Of a stretch of DNA of 64,000 nucleotides, positions 59,317 to 64,000 are shown piece after piece. The notes under the pieces were generated by a model, which did no database searches, was not told the origin of the DNA, and saw nothing but the letters and a program-made list of their open reading frames with translations. This stretch comes from Azolla caroliniana. Its lineage: Eukaryota > Plantae > Polypodiophyta. The position numbers and the translations under genes were made by a program. Every line of letters begins with the position of its first letter. Position 1 is the first letter of the stretch. The stretch lies in NCBI GenBank assembly GCA_043228905.1, contig JBHGNT010000013.1, positions 9,548,001 to 9,612,000 on the forward strand, in the 5' to 3' direction.

Positions 59317-60471
59317 ATCAACATGAGCTAAAATAGGAGCTTATGTAAATGCCTTCTTAAGACTCTCAAAAGCCATGTCTGTTTCTTCAGACCAAACGAA
59401 CGATTGTCCCTTCCTGGTAAGTTATGTGAGAGGTAGAACAAGCTTTGAGTAATCCTATATGAAATTGCGGTAAAAATTGGCAAAGTCTAAAAAGCATTGC
59501 ACATCTCACAACGAACGCGAAGTCTGCCACTCTACCACTGTTTTGACCTTAGCTGGATCCATGGAGATGCCTTTCGACGAAATGACATAGCCCAAAAATT
59601 CTACCTAGTTGCACCCGAAACTACATTTTTCCAGCTTTGCATAAAGACCATGTTCTCGAAGTCATTTTAGTACTAATAGTACATGAGAATCATGTTCTTC
59701 TTGGGTCTTTGAATAAACTAGCATATCATCCAAATAGATGATCAAAAAATCATCCAAGAGATCTCGGAATATATCATTTGCCATGTGTTGGAAGATTGGT
59801 GGGTGGCACATTAGCGAGGCCGAATGACATGACCGTATACTCGAAGTGCCCATATCTGGTGTGAAACGCAGTCTTCCATTCATCTCTTGGTCGGATCCAT
59901 ACGAGGTTATATGCTCCTCATAAGTCGATCTTTGTGAAGAACCTTTTACCATTGATCCGTTCTAAAAGACTTGAGATAAGGGGAAGTGCGTACCTATTCC
60001 TGATGGTGACCTTATTCAAGTCACGGTAATCTACGACGAGACGAAGTGATCCATCCTTTTTCTTGACAAAGAAAATGGGTGTGCCGGTTGGAGATTTCGA
60101 ATGTCGAATGAAACCATTTGCCAAATTCTCCTCTATATAGGCTCGAAAGACTTCTAGCTTGGTTGGTGACAAATTGTAGATCGGTCCCCATGTGTCATGA
60201 TTTGGCAAGACTCGAACCCATGACCTTATGTTACATGGGCCGAGCTCTTACCATTAAGCTATGTATTGTAATACAAAAGATATTATTTTCATTTATTTTA
60301 CTATAGAAAATTGATGTATATTCTAGATTTCTCTGGAACATTCTAGAAACTTCAGGAGTACTCCTGAGAACACTATAAAAGGAGGCACGAGGCATTATTT
60401 CGAACCTAATCGGTTCAATGCTAGTCTTAAGCCTCCTAGCTACTATTGTATATTCCTTTAACATAATATAT

Positions 60472-62350
60472 ATCTATTTGGATGATCTACTGGTTTATTC
60501 GAAGACCCAAGAAGAGCATGATTCTCATGTATTGTTAGTACTAAAATGACTTCGAGAACATGGTCTTTATGCAAAGCTGGAAAATTGTAGTTTCGAGTGC
60601 AACCAGGTAGAATTTCTGGGCTATGTCATTTCCTCTGAAGGCATGTCCATGGATCCAGCTAAGGTCAAAACGGTGGTAGAGTGGCAGACTCCGCGTTCGT
60701 TGCAAGATGTGCAATGCTTTTTAGGCTTTGCCAATTTCTACCGCAAGTTTATACAGGATTACTCAAAGCTTGTTCTACCTCTCACACAACTCACCAGGAA
60801 GGGACAATCGTTCGTTTGGTTTGAAGAAGTAGACATGGGTTTTGAGATTCTTAAGAAGGCATTTATATCAACTCCTATTTTGGCTCATGTTGATCCGGAA
60901 AAACCATTCATCATCGAAGCAGACGTGTTGGGTAGCATTCTGTCACAACAAGGCGATGATGAAAAGCTCCATCCTGTGGCTTTCCACTCACGCAAGTTTG
61001 ACGCCACCGAAATCAACTATGAAATTCATGATAAGGAGCTATTAGTAATAGTGGACTCTTTTACGCAATGGAGGCATTTTCTTGAGGGATCTTCTCATCA
61101 AGTCACCGTATTCAGTCATCACAAAAACATTGCCTACTTTCAGAATGCTCGTGTGTTAAATCGATGTCAAGCTCGGTGGGCCCAATTCCTCACTCTTTTC
61201 GACTTCAAAATTACATATCAGCCGGGGAAGCAACAAGGGAAGGCAGATGCATTATCACAGCGCTCGTATCTAGCACCGCGTCCTGGCGAGCCAACTTTCG
61301 ATAACCAAAAGCAAGTAATCATGGGGCCAGCACGACTGCAAGCAACGCAGGTCTTGGGTATGCCCTTGGATTCCCACGTTATCAATACCTTACGTGAGGA
61401 CTTGTAGACAGATGCTTTCTCCCAAGCCATTCTAGCACAAATTGATCCCTCTCAAGCATCTTGTTCATAATCGCAACAACCAGGTACGGACTATCGACAA
61501 TTCGAATGTCATGATGGATTACTATTCTTTAAGAAACTCTTGTATGTTCCTAATGGTTCTTGTCGCCTTCGAGTAGTCCAAAATTGTCATGACACATATA
61601 CAGTTGGGCATTTTGGTAGTACTAAAACATTAAATTTAGTACAACGATCATTTGCGTATAATAACTATGTCCACTCATCGACAAAGGTTACGCCATTTTA
61701 TGCTTATATAGGTTGTCATCCCCGGTGGTGTGTATTTGAAACCCTAGAGTTACCCACAAATCCTTGCGTAGAGGATCGTTTGGAGCGGTTATGCAAGATA
61801 CAAGCGGATTTATCCACTCATCTATAGAAAGCTCAACAAACACACAAGGTTTACATGGATCGTCATCGGCTTCCATCCAGTTTTAACATTGGAGATCGGG
61901 TATGGCTACTACGACGACACATCAAGACTAGTCTCCCATGCAAGAAGTTGGATTATCGGCGATTAGGTCCTTTCCGTATTATCGGAAAAATTAATGATGT
62001 CGCTTTTCGTCTCGATCTACCTCCACAACTTCAAATACATCTGGTGTTTCATAGTTCTCTCCTTGAACCCTATCAAGACAGCACCATCCCAGGTCGTATT
62101 AAACAACCTCCACCCCCGATCGAACTTGAAGATGGACCTGAGTACGAGGTTGCCGCCATCCTCGATTCCAAGATTGTTTGCAACAAGCTCTACTATTGAG
62201 TCGATTGGCTAGGATATAGTCCCAAGGAGCGTACTTGGGAACCAATAGAGAGGTGACCAATGCTCGTGCTCTTCTTGAAGACTTCCATCGTCAATATCTA
62301 GACAAACCGGGTCCTCAATCCAAAACGACGAGTGTCCCAAGTCGTTTTAA
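60472..62350 (+). pseudogene. pol: Tcn1-like pol 3' part (RT from YLDD, RNase H, integrase with core deletion near 61650, chromodomain)
   Basis: FLGFANFYRKFI, NYEIHDKELL, LNLVQRSF/AYNN deletion junction, LGPFRI, chromodomain. Confidence 0.9.
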
Positions 62351-64000
62351 AAGGGGGATAGTGTCATGATATGGCAACACTCGAACCCATGACTTTATGT
62401 TACATGGGTTAACTCTTGACCATTAGACTATATGTTGTAATACGAAAAATATTATCATTTAAGTTTTACTATAGAAAATTGATGTATATTCCAGATTCCT
62501 CTTGAACATTCTAGAAACTTCAGGAGTACTCCTGAGAACACTATAAAAGGAGGCATAAGGCATTATTTCAAACCAAATCGGTTCAACGCCAGTCTTAAGC
62601 CTCCTAGCTACTATTGTGTATTCTCTTAACATAATATATATCTTTTGTTATCATCATTCTCTTTCTCTCTCTCTCGATCTCTCTCACTCACTCACTATTT
62701 CCTTCTCTTGAGAGTTCTACACCTCCTTAGTACTAATCCTCATCTTTTAGTACTAATTCTTTCTTTGTCTTAGTACTGTTGCTAACAGTACTTCTTTGTC
62801 TTAGTATTGTTCCTGACATCACCACAATGCGGGCAGTATACCTAGGCGCACTGTTGACTTCTCCAGTGTTCACCTTGTAGACCCATTTGTTCCTGAGTGC
62901 TCTCTTACCTCTCGTTAATTCTACTAGGTCGTAGGTGTAGTTTTCGTGCAAGGAGTCCATCTTATCTTGCATCGCATTCAGCCATTTCTCTCTGTGCTTG
63001 TCGGCAATGGCTTCATCATAGCACTCTGGCTCACCTTCATTAGTCGAGAGGATGTATTGACTGGTAGATGTTATCGATGCTCTCCTTTCTCTGAGTGGGT
63101 ATCTCCTTCCACTCGTTGTCGGCTCTTGTTCGGGTGACTCTCTCAACACTCCTCTTTGCTTGGGTTCATATATGTCGATCGGCTTTTCAAAGTTGGACGA
63201 CTCCAACCCGTATTCCTCGATCGACCTTAACAACTCTACCGACTTAGACTCATAGTCGGTCAGTCTCTCCGAGTCGACCAACTCAGAATCGGTTGTGCCG
63301 ACTGGTTGTCTCCGAATAGCCCACTATGTTAGTTCACTTGGCCTCAAGTCGATAGTAGTGGAGGTTGACTGGTTAGTCGATTCCGACTTTTGTTGCTTCC
63401 AGTCCTCTATGGTATTGTCTTCCAAGAAGACTACGTCCTGACTCCTCACTACCTTCTTGTCGACTAGGTCCCATAGCTTATAGCCAAACTCATCTTCTGA
63501 GTATCCCATGAATATGCATGGTTTCGACTTGCTGTCGAGCTTCGACCTCTGATCCTTAGCCACATGCATATTCGATAAACATCCAAACACCCTCAGGTGT
63601 CGGTAGGAGACTTCCTTTCCTTTCCACACCCTCTATGGGACATCACCCTTCAATGGCACTGCGGGAGACCTGTTGATCATATAAACAACTGTATACATCG
63701 CCTCAGCCCAATAGGATTTCGGCAGTTTAGCATGAGAGAGCATGCTCCTTACTCTCTCCATGATTGTTCAATTCATCCTCTCTGCAAGCCCATTCAAGTC
63801 AGGGGTCTTTGGTATAGTGTATTCAATTTGAATACCCGGGGCTTTGTAGTATTCCTCAAATTGCCCTTTATATTTGCCACCATTGTCGATTCAGACAACC
63901 TTCAACTTCCGACCCGACTCTTGTTCGGCTCTTGCTTGGAACTCCTTTGAAGAACAACAGTACTTGATCTTTTGACTTTAATACAAAAGCCCACAACTTC

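Larger units (their letters stand above)
55690..60475 (-). mobile_element. Second Tcn1-like copy B nested in A and rearranged: minus 3' LTR 55690-56120, minus pol to 60192, plus truncated LTR 60193-60475
   Basis: Same LTR family as A. CATGG at 55685-55689 and its reverse complement CCATG at 60188-60192 flank the two LTR outer ends. Confidence 0.85.
53293..62818 (+). mobile_element. Tcn1-like chromovirus A; LTRs 53293-53738 and 62363-62818
   Basis: TSD TCACC (53288-53292 / 62819-62823). Gag EPKIVLPMKFDG..SALAWF and CLYCGGPGHIAVNC, protease LLDSRA, RT YLDD, chromodomain EYEVAAILD..WLGY..TWEP, PPT AAAAGGGGGATAG. Confidence 0.9.
42592..64000 (-). mobile_element. Ty1/copia host element C4: 3' LTR 42592-43172; pol in 43230-44119, 52862-53292, 62819-64000
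   Basis: TGTTGGAAT...ATTCCTAACA LTR plus PPT. RH/RT/INT segments are colinear across the TSDs of C5 and the Tcn1-like element. It continues beyond the window. Confidence 0.88.

Overview
Eukaryotic, host-gene-free, deeply nested transposon cluster. It most likely comes from a non-seed land plant (inference from plant tRNA-iMet/tRNA-Trp primer sites, Tnt1-like copia elements, a Tcn1-like chromovirus and a Phygy/Selgy-like gypsy lineage). Almost the whole window resolves into about 20 LTR-retrotransposon insertions or fragments, many with readable target-site duplications (TSDs), plus one non-autonomous hAT element and one ~6.2 kb insert carrying a two-exon, ~860-codon Sola2-like DDD transposase gene. 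That gene's intron is a palindromic 20-bp minisatellite. The most notable observations are: (1) the TGTCGTG-ended, tRNA-Trp-primed gypsy lineage makes 4-bp TSDs, and six of its eight readable outer junctions have a central CpG, with a deaminated CpG at the other two; (2) tRNA-like Pol III A/B boxes lie antisense inside the LTRs of two different gypsy lineages; (3) a non-autonomous partner element keeps a long gag-fused repetitive ORF in two diverged copies; (4) an inversion between two oppositely oriented Tcn1-like copies is recorded by an inverted TSD. All calls were made by eye, with no database search. Lineage names are inferences.
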